Positions 49,641 to 62,159 of a stretch of 64,000 nt of DNA are shown piece after piece; the first letter of the stretch is position 1, and each line of letters starts with the position of its first letter. Source of the stretch: Sphaerodactylus townsendi. Lineage: Eukaryota. The translations under genes and the position numbers were made by a program. The DNA lies in NCBI RefSeq assembly GCF_021028975.2, contig NC_059435.1, positions 61,752,001 to 61,816,000 of the forward strand. Reading direction: 5' to 3'. The notes beneath the pieces were generated by a model, which did no database searches, was not told the origin of the DNA, and worked only from the letters and a program-made list of their open reading frames with translations.

Positions 49641-50520
49641 AAACTTAATATACCGCCCTATCCCCGAAGGGCTCAGGGCGGTGAACAACAGAAAATCAAA
49701 CAGAAAACATAAAATCTTAAAACAGGTACATTCTAAAATGGGGCCCACGAGACCCATATACCAAACATAAGCAGACCCTCCTGTTGTGTCTGTGTGTGTG
49801 TGGGGGGGGGGAGAGGTGTAAGAGTTTTGCTTTTCAAAAATTTGTGAAACTGACTAGGCATCAAATGCCTTGGCAATTTTGCTAAGTACAGGCGGATCTA
49901 TGGCATGTGCAATCTAACAACATCAAAATGGTTTTCTTAGCTATGTTGAATGAAACAACACTGCTTCTGGCAGAGCCATTACAATTAATCTCAGGGGGAA
50001 TATCTTTAGGGATGAGGTAGGGCTGAGCTCAGGCAAGTTGTCCATTTGGTGACCTATGAGTTACCAACACAAAGAATAAAAGACAATAAATCCACAGGCT
50101 TTACCCAAAAAAGTTCAGACCAGAATGCACTGGAGCTAGAAGTAGTAATAAAACCATGGCCTTTTGCTTCACTATAGCCTTCTGAAGGTACTACCTCATG
50201 GCAACTTGAAGATCTGTCATAATTCTCTATTTAAGTGAAAAAGAAATAAATTTTTAGCACTTACAGAAAGCGTTACACTGAGTAATAACTCATTCCTCCA
50301 TCTACTATGGGTTTGGCAGAACACTTAGATTTATATGCAGTGAGCGGTACCTCAGACTTTAAAGATCATCCACATAACTGGCTGACGCGCTCTCGCGCCT
50401 ACCCGGGGAGGGGGGTGGAGCTGCCTTACGAGACATTCCACGCACTGTTCTCTCCCCCTCCCAGTTGGGGCTGGCTGTCACCCGATCTCAAACGTCCGCT
50501 CCGCCTCCACCCCCATTCCT

Positions 50521-52071
50521 AGTCTCGTCTCTCCTTTCCTGCGGGAACTTGAGGAGGCGGGGCTGCACGAGCCTCCAGCGGAAGAAAGCGACTCCCAATT
50601 GCGTTTGGAGAATGGAGTTTGGCGGAGGGGGGAATGTTGGTACGTGCCTCCCCCCCTCCGCAAGCAGGTTCTTGAAGCTTGCCACGACGCCCGCTCGGCG
50701 GGACATTTTGGCTTTCTGAAAACTCTGCATTTGGCCCGCCGGCAGTTCTGGTGGCGCGCAATGCGCAAGGACATTGAGGCATACATTAAGGGCTGCTCGG
50801 TTTGTGCAGAAGCCAAAACCATCCCGGGAAAGCCCCATGGGCTATTGAAACCTCTCCCGGTGGCCTCCCGCCCTTGGGAAGTCATCTCCATGGATTTTAT
50901 TACAGATTTGCCCGAAAGTCATGGCAACACGGTTTTGTGGGTGGTGGTAGACTTATTTTCTAAACAAGCCCATTTTATTCCATGTGCTTCCATCCCCTCC
51001 GCTCCCAAGTTGGCACGGCTGTTCATTCAACATGTTTACCGTCTCCATTCCGCCCCCGTTAAGGTGGTCTCCGACCGCGGCCCCCAATTCATTTCAAAGT
51101 TCTGGAAGGCGTTTTTGGGGTTGTTGGGGGCCGCCCCGGCCATCGCCGCCCCCTACCACGTTCAAAGTGACGGCGAGACGGAGAGAACGAACAGAACCCT
51201 AGAGCAGTATTTACGTTGTTACACCAACTACCACCAAGACAATTGGTGCGAGCTTATTCCGTTTGCGGAGTACGCCTATAACAATGCGGTTCATAGCAGT
51301 ACAAAGAAAACCCCCTTTGAAATTGTGTCTGGTCGCTCCTTCCCGCCGTTGCCACAACTACCCGCGACAGCTTTGGACCCTCCAGAGTTTCAACAATGGA
51401 TTTCATCCCTAGCCGAGGGATGGAAAACGGTCCAGACCGCCTTACAACAAGCTAAGGACTCCCAAAAGCTGCAAGCGGATAAACACCGCTCGGATTTCCC
51501 TCTGCGTGTGGGCTCTTGGGTGTATTTATCTACAAAAAATCTCAGAGACGTACATAAATTTTCCAAACTTGGCAAAAGATTCGTGGGACCTTTTCAGATT
51601 ACTAAAGTGATTAATGATGTCACTGCCCGCTTAGATTTGCCTAACTCTCTTAGTAACATTCATCCTGTCTTCCATTCCAGCTTGCTCAAGGAGGCTCCCG
51701 CTTCCGATGCCTGGCACGACCCGCCGGAGAGGCCCCCACCGACTATTATTGATGGTCACAAGCACTACGAAATTGACGCTATCCTGGACTCTCGCTTTAA
51801 TCGCAAACGCTTGCAATATTTAGTCTCTTGGGTGGGATATTCCTCTGGGTATAATCAATGGGTTTATTCCGAAAATATTGACGCCCCCACCCTTATTTCT
51901 GCTTTCCACCGCGCCTTTCCGCATAAACCTGGGGGGGAGGGGTCTTCTTTAAGGGAGGCAGAGTGTAAAGGATTCAATGGTGTTGATGGTGAAGTAACCT
52001 TGAGTGCATTCCACAGCCCGGGCGATGGGCCAGCTGCATCGGCGGAGACTTTATCTTTGCGCGGGAGATGA
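50521..52071 (+). CDS. pol: Pol C-terminus: integrase (HHCC zinc finger, DDE core, GPF/Y module) plus chromodomain
   Basis: HDARSAGH...CSVC; ISMDFI, VSDRG, GETER; FVGPFQI, HPVFHSSLLK; YEIDAILDSR...YLVSWVGY..NQW. Frame is open from ~50521; one frameshift near 50510-50520 separates it from the LADALSR frame. Confidence 0.93.
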   Translation, partial: SLVSPFLRELEEAGLHEPPAEESDSQLRLENGVWRRGECWYVPPPLRKQVLEACHDARSAGHFGFLKTLHLARRQFWWRAMRKDIEAYIKGCSVCAEAKTIPGKPHGLLKPLPVASRPWEVISMDFITDLPESHGNTVLWVVVDLFSKQAHFIPCASIPSAPKLARLFIQHVYRLHSAPVKVVSDRGPQFISKFWKAFLGLLGAAPAIAAPYHVQSDGETERTNRTLEQYLRCYTNYHQDNWCELIPFAEYAYNNAVHSSTKKTPFEIVSGRSFPPLPQLPATALDPPEFQQWISSLAEGWKTVQTALQQAKDSQKLQADKHRSDFPLRVGSWVYLSTKNLRDVHKFSKLGKRFVGPFQITKVINDVTARLDLPNSLSNIHPVFHSSLLKEAPASDAWHDPPERPPPTIIDGHKHYEIDAILDSRFNRKRLQYLVSWVGYSSGYNQWVYSENIDAPTLISAFHRAFPHKPGGEGSSLREAECKGFNGVDGEVTLSAFHSPGDGPAASAETLSLRGR

Positions 52072-52249
52072 GGACTCCGTTCCCATGGGAAGCAGGAAGG
52101 GGGATGGGGTGAATGGTGTTATAACCTGTGCTTCTGGCGGGAAGTGTCATTCCTGCCACTACGTGTACGTGAGCTTTCTAAGATGTCTTAATAAACGGAC
52201 TTTTACATCCAAAAAGCCTTTTATTTCTGCTTCTATGGAATTCCTTACA
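51964..52249 (+). repeat. 3' LTR (286 bp)
   Basis: TGTAAAGGA...TTCCTTACA inverted ends, immediately preceded by purine tract aagggaggcagag; contains ttataa and aataaa. Confidence 0.88.
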
Positions 52250-52484
52250 ATTCCCTGCTCTGCCACTTGAGCTGTGGAGGCTTACCTGGAGAACTAGATT
52301 AGCCTGTGCACTCCAACACATGCCAGCTGGGTGACCTTGGGCTAGTCACAGTTCTTCTGAGCTCTCTCAGCCCCACCTACCTCATATGGGGGAGTGGGGA
52401 AGGGAAAGGAGATTGTAAGGCCCTTTGAGTCTCCTTACAGGAGAGAAAGGGGGGATATAAATCCAAACTCTTCCTCTTCTTCTT
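52250..52484 (+). mobile_element. Squam3-type SINE lacking its 5' head
   Basis: Begins at attccctgctctgcc directly after the LTR; (CTT)n tail. Confidence 0.85.
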
Positions 52485-52990
52485 TGATGGCAGGGGCACC
52501 TGAAGCCAGGCTTCGAAAGATCACTGGAGTTGAAAAGTAGGCTCAAATGGGAGAAAACAGTACTTAAAGTATGTGGCCTTAAGTTATATAAGTCTTTAAA
52601 AGTCTATGCCAGCACCTTGAATTGGGCCTGGAAGCAAATTAAGAGCCAGCATAGTATGGGAATAAAACTGAAGTGATATTTTTCATATGACATACTTCAG
52701 TCAGCCTTCTGCCCCTACTGTATGCTCCAGACAGTCTTCAAGGGCAGACTGATGTAAAGCAACTGCAGCAATCTAATCAAGATGTTACCAGGGCTTACAC
52801 TACAATGGTTAATCTTTTCCTACCCAGGAATGGCTGTGGCTAACCTATAAGCTGAAGGTGATGAAAGGTGTCCCCAGTCACCACTGTGAATTGTTTATCC
52901 AACCAGAGACCTAGATCCAGCAGAAATCCCAAGCTACAAAATTGTTCCTTGGGGGGAATGCAATCCCATTCAGAACAGGAAACATCCCAA
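52485..52990 (-). mobile_element. Degraded L2 LINE ORF2 fragment
   Basis: Minus strand gccctggtaacatcttgattagattgctgc = ALVTSxLDxC, followed by LPLKTV-like sequence. Confidence 0.75.
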
Positions 52991-53034
52991 TTTTTGAGAC
53001 AACCCATTACCAACATCTCTTTTTGTCAAAACAC

Positions 53035-53925
53035 CTGTAAGCTAGTAAGATGTAGGCTAGACAAGGATACTGTTAGATGGATTTGTAATTGGTTGACTGA
53101 CTGAACCCAAAGGCCACCCACCAATGGCTCATCATCTTGGAGAGAAGTGACTAGAGGGGTGCCACAAGGTTCTGTCCTGGGCCCAGTGCTATTCACTATT
53201 TTTTATCAATAACTTGAAAAATGGAATAGAAGGCATGCTAATCAAATTTGCAGCTGACACCAAATTAAGAGGGGTAAATAATTATTCAGAAGATAGGGTC
53301 AGAATTCAAAATGACCTGCACAGATTAAAGAGCTGGGCCAAAACTAACAAAATGAATTTCAACAGTGATAAATGTAAGATACTACACTTCAGCAGAAGAA
53401 AGAAAATGCATAGATATATGATGGGGAACACCTGGCTTTGCAATAGTACTTGTGAAAGGGATTGTTTTAGTAGATCACAGACTGAACATGAGTCAGCAGT
53501 GTGATGCAGCAGCCAAGAAAGCCATTGTGATTCTGGGCTGCATCAAGAGGAGTATAGTGGCTAGAACGACTTGATACACTCTATTCTGCATTGGTTAGAC
53601 CTCACCTGGAATACTATGTCCAGTTCTGGGCACTGAAATTTAAGAGGGATATTGACAAGCTGGAACAAGTCCAGAAGAGGGCAACCAAAGTAGTGAAAGA
53701 TCTGGATTCTATGTCCTATAAGGAGTGTCTTAGGGAGCTAGGTATGTTTAGTCTGGAGAAGAAAAGGTTAAGGATGTCAAGATAGCCATGTTTAAATATC
53801 TGAAGGGATGACTTGATGAAAATGGAGCAAGCCTGTCTTCTGCTGCTCCAGAGACCAGGACAAGGAGTAATAGATTCAAAGTACAGGAAAAGAGATTCCA
53901 CCGAAACATTAGGAAGAATTTTGGC
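53035..53925 (+). mobile_element. CR1 LINE reverse transcriptase 3' fragment (stops and frameshifts)
   Basis: [61 protein letters not shown]. Confidence 0.95.
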
Positions 53926-54042
53926 AAGGAGCTGATGCCTAAATAATCTATTTAATATGCATAAAGGCTTGGGAAAGAAGAGTCAGATGGAAAGGTCTCT
54001 CCAGTCTCTCTATGCTGACTAAAGATGGCTGTGTCTCTATCT

Positions 54043-54294
54043 CAAGGCTAGGGTGATGACTCTAGTTCAGGTTGTTCCCAAGGCTAGGGTGATGACTCTA
54101 GTTTAGGTTGTTCCCAAGGCTAGGGTGATGACGCTAGTTCAGGTTGTTCCCAAGGCTAGGGTGATGACGCTAGTTCAGGTTGTTCCCAAGGCTAGCGTGA
54201 TGACGCTAGTTCAGGTTGTTCCCAAGGCTAGGGTGATGATGCTAGTTCAGGTTGTTCCCAAGGCTAGGGTGATGACGCTAGTTCAGGTTGTTCC
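54043..54294. repeat. Minisatellite, 7 x 36 bp (caaggctagggtgatgacgctagttcaggttgttcc)
   Basis: Units start at 54043, 54079, 54115, 54151, 54187, 54223, 54259 with at most 2 differences. Confidence 0.97.
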
Positions 54295-54846
54295 CATTCA
54301 GTCGCCATTTTCCTTTGCCCATGCATTCCCATTTTCCCCTATTCTCTCCCTGATACCCTTGCTATCACCCCGCAGCTACCCTTCTTCTTTTTTCCAGGTG
54401 TGGCATCCCTGCATGACTCTGGATCCTATGAAAACTGGAGCAGCCTCAGCATACACTGGCTTAAAGGATTCTCATTCCAGTGGGGAAAAAAATAACAAAA
54501 GAGCATTGCCATATTCTGCCAGTCACTGCTTCAGAAAATAAAAGACAGACCGTGCCCACACAAACCCCACAACGTATTGCGAAGGCTATCGATAATTGAA
54601 GCAGTAGCTGTTCCAAATGCGACTTCAATTTTAATTACGCTAAATAGTGACACTGTGTCCCGAAAACTTTTCCAGAGGAAGATGAATAGTTAGAATTGCC
54701 TGAAAAGATTTTACTGCTCATTCCATTATGTCTCTTATTTGTGCAGATTCAATATTTTTTTTTTCTCTCCACAAAGCCTTTTAAAAGGCCATTAATAAAA
54801 TGCAATTCTGGCTTTACTGTTGATGAACAGTCACCTCTCTTGGCAA

Positions 54847-54877
54847 AAATAAATAAATAAATAAATAAATAAATAAA
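54847..54877. repeat. (AAAT)n microsatellite
   Basis: Direct reading. Confidence 0.95.
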
Positions 54878-54926
54878 TTGCCAGCCAGACAATGAAAGCA
54901 GAATATTGACTGCAGTCTGGTGCCTA

Positions 54927-55226
<300 letters not shown>

Positions 55227-55556
55227 TCATGAATACGAACATATTTTCTCTAATCACCAAGTGCTGTGACAACAATATATCGGATCTGGAATGGCTTCAG
55301 CCTGACTGGGAATTCTTGAGTATGTTTTTGTACACTTTAGAACAGATGTAAATGGTGGCAATTTTTTAACAACGCTTAATAAGATGCACTTAATTGGTAG
55401 ATAAGTTTCAAGGGGCTTTTCTGGCTATATGTGCCCCCTTCTGAGGGCTTTCTAATGGACATTATTCTTACCCGCCACCATTTTTTCTGCTTGCAGGTAG
55501 ACTGAGTGTAGGCCACAGATCAATTTACATAGGAAGCAGCAGTAATAATAGAGAGG

Positions 55557-55851
55557 GGGGTTTTTTTGGATTTATATCCCCCCTTTCTCTCCTGTAGGAG
55601 ACTCAAAGGGGCTTACAATCTCCTTGCCCTTCCCCCCTCACAACAAACACCCTGTGAGGTAGGTGGGGCTGAGAGAGCTTTGAGAAGCTGTGACTAGCCC
55701 AAGGTCACCCAGCTGGCGTGTGTGGAAGTGTACAGGCTAATCTGAATTCCCCAGATAAGCCTCCACAGCTCAGGCAGCAGAGCTGGGAATCAAACCCGGT
55801 TCCTCCAGATTAGATACACGAGCTCTTAACCTCCTATGCCACTGCTGCTCC
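55557..55851 (-). mobile_element. Squam3-type SINE, near full length
   Basis: Reverse complement of the 41075 copy. Confidence 0.9.
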
Positions 55852-55854
55852 CTA

Positions 55855-56199
55855 GAAGAGTTTAGATTTGCAGCCCACTTTTCTGAGAGAGTTCTGAAAG
55901 AACTATGACTGGTCAAAAGTCACCCAGCAGGCTTCATGTGGAGGAGTGGGGAAAAAAACCTGGTTCACCAGATTAGAGTCTCATGTGGAGGCAGGGCCAG
56001 AGTCAGGGGGAGCAGTGCCCAGGGCACATGTGCACCCTATGCCCCTGCCATGCCCTCGCACCACCCCCACGTGCACCCAGTACATCATGCACCCCCCTGT
56101 CCCCTTGGTGCTACACTACTGTGTGGAGGAATGGAGAATCAAACCCAGTTTTCCAGATTAGAATCCACTGCTTTTAACCACTGCACCATGCTGACTCTT
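55855..56199 (-). mobile_element. Older Squam3-type SINE interrupted by a hAT MITE
   Basis: aatcaaacccagttttccagattagaatccactgcttttaaccactgcacc is the reverse head. Confidence 0.75.
55992..56121 (+). mobile_element. hAT MITE
   Basis: cagggcc...ctactg; perfect 8-bp TSD tgtggagg. Confidence 0.85.
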
Positions 56200-58351
56200 A
56201 ACAGTGGCATTTATATACTGCTGAGAGCAGTATTAATGCTCAGAGTACTAATACATATATTATCTTGTTGACATTCCTTCTTACCACCACTATGTAAAGT
56301 GAGCTTCATCATTATTGCCATATTGCATATGGCGGCTGGCTCCTCTAATTACAACTTAGCAAGTCCACAGCAAAGATTAGATTGAACTTAGTGCCACGCT
56401 GATTCATTTCCCAGTAATTGGACTAAATACAGACACTATGAATGCATGGAATTTGTTTGACAGGCACAGTCTTGACTAACTGCCAGACTTACAGGCTTTC
56501 TTTTTCCTGCAACATGCAACAACACAAGATGGAAGGTTTTCAATGGTTTCTAATTAAGCATGACATGCGAGTGCCACCATCTCAACTGAGAATAGCTTCT
56601 GCCCCAGTGGCTTGTTTTCAACAGTGTGCGAATGGAATGCAACAGCTTTCCTTTCTTGAAAGACATTTCCAGACCTCCGAAAGATCTGTTCCAAGGCTGG
56701 CAAAATAACCATGTGGGCTTGGCGGCTGAAAGGATAAAGAGATGAAATTGCCCTCTCTTCAATGGAGCAGAAGAGGGAACAGGAGCCACGTGACCCCATT
56801 TTTCCTCTGTGATTCTGCACGATGAAGCACATAGCTATCCTTCTGGATCCCATGACCTCAGAAATGATCTTTCCAGGAGTTATAAGGGGTTATAGAAATA
56901 TAGAAAAAGTTGGGTGGTTGGATATAAGTCAGTAACTGGGATTCTTTACTACAGCTTAATCTTGGTTAATGTCACAGAAACCATCCTCAATTAATTATGG
57001 TGCCACATGTGGACATTGTGATTAATTGGTGGTCTCCCATCTCAGCCTGTTGCGCAAGGGAGAAAGGATGGGGAGCATAACTTCAACATTTTACCAGGTT
57101 CACATCTATCACAGACAAACTATCTAAGAGGATGGCTGAACTGAGCCTCAACCACTACATTAATGCCTAAACTGTACTATCCTGCTGCTGTTTTTAACCC
57201 AGAAGCTTAGCTTAGACATTCAAATAGTCTTACGTAAACAAGGAGTATTGACATCAATGAAAATAGCATCATTCAGACCATTTTTGGCATGCCACAAGGA
57301 GGTTCCAGCAAAGCCAGCAATGCTTCTGTTCAGTGGCATGTGGTAATTATTAATGATTACCATTTATATGATAATGCATTTCACAATGGAAGGCTATCAC
57401 ATTGCAACTCATTGGCCTCAGTATCCTTTGACCATTAAAAGCATATGGTGGAGGTTTTATTGAATACTTAATCTAACTCTGCCCTTCATCCACTCACAGG
57501 CTATTTAATGTCTTTAAGCAATCCAACTTTATGGTTTCTATAAGAACGCTGAAGTGTAACAGCTGACCATGTTTAAATCAATCAAAAACTTCCCATTGAC
57601 CAGTGAGGATACAATTTCACTCATTCACATCTTGTTGAATATTACCTAAAATTAATTGTAAAAAACTTTTGCATATTTCATCCACAGTTCTCAATTTAAT
57701 TAGGCATACCAGACATTTCATTTATTTCAAATATTGCATTTATTTAGATAAACATTTGCAAGACTCAAGATGGCTCACAATATTAAAACATGTCCCAAAC
57801 TTATGACAAATTAAAGCTATAAAAACAACCATCACAAAATAGTAACAACCAAGACAGCCCAATTCGCAGAACTTCATTTCAACCTTTAGAAAAGCAATGC
57901 TCAAGTCTTGCATAACTTCTAGAATATGAGGAGAGAAGTCATTTTTTTGTCTTCCTTATGTTTAATACTGAAAATTACCCTTCTGTAACAAGGTTTCCTT
58001 TTGGAAACTAAGGGCTTCATCACTTGACATATTTGGGTGAACTCCAAAGATGTTTTATTTACAGATATGAAAACCTGAAGCATGACTTTGTCACACATAT
58101 TACAAAATATTTGTAATTCAGACACAGAGTCCTTGATAGGCTTCAGCTCCTAGGTATTTAGTGGCAAGTTGGGTTTGCCATGTGTACAATGTTCATAAGT
58201 ACAAACCCTCAGAAAAAAATTGAGAAGCCTTGTCCTTAAGGTCAGTCCAAAAGAAAATAGGACATTTAACATACATTTTTTCCTTTTCTCCAGGTACTTT
58301 CAATGTTAAATAGTCATATTTTGAGTTCTTATTTTGAGTCAGGCTTTCTAA

Positions 58352-58490
58352 GGCCCTATCCGCACACGCAAAATAATGTGTTTTCAAACCACTTTCACAA
58401 CTGTTTGCAAGTGGATTTTGATATTCCGCACAGCTTCAAAGAGCACTGAAAGCAGTGAAAGTGCATTATTCTGCATGTGTGGAATGAGAC
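58352..58490. mobile_element. PIF/Harbinger-type MITE
   Basis: ggccctatccgcacacgca...tgcatgtgtggaatgagac; TAA TSD. Confidence 0.75.
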
Positions 58491-59897
58491 TAATAATACA
58501 ATGGCTGAAACTGAGTCCCAGTTACATAAGCAGAGTTTAGGAAAAGCCTCCACACACTTCCAGAGTTCTATCTGTTATAGCCAGCAGTGGGATCCTTGTG
58601 TGTAAGAATTACTCATAGCTAATCTAGAAAAAGTTATATGGCTGATATTAATGAATAGTTCAACTGGTATAGAAGTACCCATGAAAAAGTTACACATGGG
58701 TGCTGTTGACTATACCTTCCACCATGGATTGTGTTGACTATACCTTTTTTCACCAAAAGAACTCAGGAGTTGTGTGAATCAACCTGCCATATCTTCCTGG
58801 ATCTTCTGTATGGTGGACTTCTCCACCAGGGTCCTAGTGCCCCTCCCTTCCTTCTCATGCAGCATCTGACAATCTTCATCAAAATCATTATTCCCTCTGC
58901 TATTAAACATAGTACTGTGAAGAAAGTTCTAGAACATTTCTAGCAATTGGTCCAATACTCTACGATGAGTTGGCACCAGATGTAAGCATCTGCCCGTTTT
59001 CAGAAGTGGGTGCAGAACAACTAGCTGCAGCACTGGCTCCTCCTGAACTACTCTGCTAAATTTTATCTGATCTGTAGTGAATCATTTCAGGTAATGGATG
59101 TTGCTGGTTGTTTTTATGGCAACATCAGTTCTATTTGAACTGCATTTGTGAAAAAGGTGGTCTACAGTATTTTAATAAATAACCAAACAAGTCATTAGCA
59201 ACTGTAACTGTTTCACCCATAATCGGAGTCTAGTGGCACAGTAAAGAAGAGACTGAAGATAGATATGAAAGGGCATAATCAGTGTGGAATGAGTATTTAT
59301 AGGATATGCCTTTCTCTCTTAACTCCAGCCTCTGTCTTCACAACTAGCCTTAACTTTTCATAAAAGACCTTTCAGTGTTTGCTGCATTTAAACATTCTGA
59401 GCATTAGCAATTTTTTTTGCAGTGTGAAACTGTATGGAAGTATACAGGCAGGATCAAACTATCGGGACTTCAGCCGTTTACAAATAGCTTGTCCCAGCTT
59501 GACTAATGAATGGTCCCAGCTTGACTAATGAATGGTCCAAAACAAACCAAGGACAGGTGTTGAGATTTCAGTTTCTTTTGATTATTCAAAGAATGGTTAA
59601 ATTATTGTTAAATAATTAAACACTCTCAGTGCAGCCAGCTAGGATGCATCAGCCTCCTGGAGTGACCTAGGTGATTTCATAGGTTTTCCAGTTCTGTTCA
59701 CTTCAGCATCAGAAACCCAATGGCTTCTGAAGGAGAGCAATAGTTCTCAAAAGTGCCTCCTGCATCCAATCTTTGTGAAGGAACCATTTGGTTACTTCAG
59801 TACACAAACTGTGGTGAAAATCTATCAAACAACTACTGACTCAGTGTCCCAGACAAAAATATCACAGAATTAACACATTCTAAATATTAATGAGCAT

Positions 59898-60085
59898 TGA
59901 CCTAGATAGCTCAGGCTAGGAGATGTCAGAAGCTAAGAAGGGTCAACCCTAGTAAGTACTTGGATGGGAGAACTCCAAGGAATACCAAAGTTGTGATGCA
60001 ATGAAAGGCAATGGCAGACTACCTCTGAAGGTCTGTTGCCTTGAAAGCCCACCAAGGGTCACCATAAGTCAGATGGAACTTGACA

Positions 60086-60088
<3 letters not shown>
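59898..60088 (+). mobile_element. 5S-derived SINE
   Basis: agaagctaagaagggtc...agtacttggatgggag (5S); ccataagtcag...cttgacagca tail. Confidence 0.75.

Positions 60089-60177
<89 letters not shown>
60089..60177. repeat. Compound (TC)n(TATC)n microsatellite
   Basis: Direct reading; sits at the SINE tail. Confidence 0.97.
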
Positions 60178-62159
60178 GACTTAGAAGACTGAGAGTGTAA
60201 AAGGATTCCATAGTGCAAAGATCTTCACTTGTCTATTGTCAACTATTTCACTATGGCTGAAGTACTAACAATGGTGTACTGAACAGGTTTGTACTGAACA
60301 AAATATACCGATAATCAAATCTATATTCTGATACTTATCAGAAACTCTAAAACCTAAAGTAAAATAGCGACCTTTATTTGCAGGTAATAGAGTTACTACC
60401 CACAAATCTCTTTGTCAAGTGTGCGAGAGCTATGAAAATATTTTGATCACGAGAGTGAAAGTGTAGATTTTCCAGTAAAAATATTATGGTCTCCTTGGGA
60501 ATTCTGGAAATACACCAGGAGAGCATCCTGCTGTTCATACCCTGACTCCATCTGATATTTTAATAGCTCCAGATGGCCCATGCTGGAAGACAGCACTCTC
60601 ACTATTCTTTTATCATGACCTCAGAGGGCACAATTTATCTGAAAGGGTCGTACTTTCCATTCTTTCAGGATCTGGGCTGGATATGCATTAGAAATCTGCT
60701 CTTATTTAGGCCAAACTCTTTCTGAGTCAAAGCCATCAGTTATTCCGATGCTATTCCAATGCTATTCTGTAAAATCGGAGGAAAGCTATTTTAGTTTGAT
60801 ACTCCCCACTATCTATTTTCTGGCACTATTAGACCAAAATGGTATGTGAACCAAGAAAAGCTACATTATACAGTATCAAACAGAAGAACTGTTTGATACC
60901 GTATAGTGTAGCTTTTCTTAGTACACAATCAAACACAGAACACAGGATGATAATCCACCAAATCTTACAAAAATATAATGTTTACTCCCAAAAATAAACA
61001 TCTAAGCAAGTGCCTCAACTTTAGAGAATGTTTCGAAAACAGCATACATCTTGAGGGATTCATGTCCGTGAAATAATGAATATTCACATTTTTAATGAAT
61101 TATTTGTCCTTTGACATTGTCATAAATAAAGCACTTTGTATTTGCGTTGGCAAGGAAAAAATTAAATAAACTAATGCTCTAAATAAAGTAATAAGGTTAA
61201 TTTCCTTCCTGCTGTCACTAAATTCATGTTAGCAGCCTCTCTTCAGCTTGACATCAATTAATGGTTTTAATTCCACACTCTTGTCACCGTACGTACTACC
61301 CTTTCCTCTAATTAAAATGGATGATGCATGATGAAGGGAAAACACAAGACTTCTGTTCTTGTGGTAACATTTCTATTCATGACTCTACTTTTTTTGCAGA
61401 AAAAAGGCTTGTAGATTTAATGGTACTAAAGGCAGATGAAGAAAGACATTATTATCTGTAAGAGGCACAGGCTCGTCCACCCTCAGGGAAAACAGACAAT
61501 ACAAAAAATTACCATTATATAGAATGACCAGGCCCACCACAAGATATCAATAGGTTATTTCAATTAGCGTGCTCTGTGTGTGTGCAAATATGCATGGGCA
61601 TGCACACACGGACACACTTGTAACACAAAAAGGGCATACCATTTTGATCTAATACCTTCAAAGTCCACACTAGAAATATATTTGCCAGTTTAATCTGTTA
61701 CTAGTGAATCAGATGACACAACATTGTGCTCTGCACCCTGCATGCATATTTCACAAATACACATAAGCAGTTCAAGTTTCAAATCCATCTGAAAATCAGA
61801 AGACATTTTATCCAAATTTGTGCTACTTTTTCATACAGGGAAACACAAAGTTCTGTTTATTTTTGTGTTCGATATTTACTCAGCCATGAAACCTACTGGT
61901 TGGACAGGGAAAATTCTAGAATTGCTGCCTGAGCTACAATAATTTGTCTATAGTCAATTTCCAACTGATGATCTGAAATTCATGACTCCTAACTTTTCAT
62001 TTCTCTGCAGATTTTTCTTATAACAGCAGGTGACTTCCTTAAAATATCACACTACAAATAATTTGAAAAGAAGTTTGGACTCCTCATTTTTGAACCCTTC
62101 TTACATACAAGATGGAGTTGATACGACCTCCCTGCTTTTCAGCTTCTATGCAAAGCTGA

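Larger units (their letters stand above)
50378..52249 (+). mobile_element. Gypsy/Ty3 chromovirus LTR retrotransposon, 5' truncated
   Basis: LADALSRLP (RNase H end), AVTRSQ, integrase, chromodomain, polypurine tract and 3' LTR. Confidence 0.95.

Noticed and set aside
50599-52071. Domesticated integrase gene (GIN/Mart-like)
   Set aside because: Retains PPT and LTR, has an upstream frameshift and no proper start; consistent with a recent TE fragment
54043-54294. CRISPR-like array (36-bp repeats)
   Set aside because: Repeats are contiguous with no unique spacers, there are no cas genes, and the context is vertebrate
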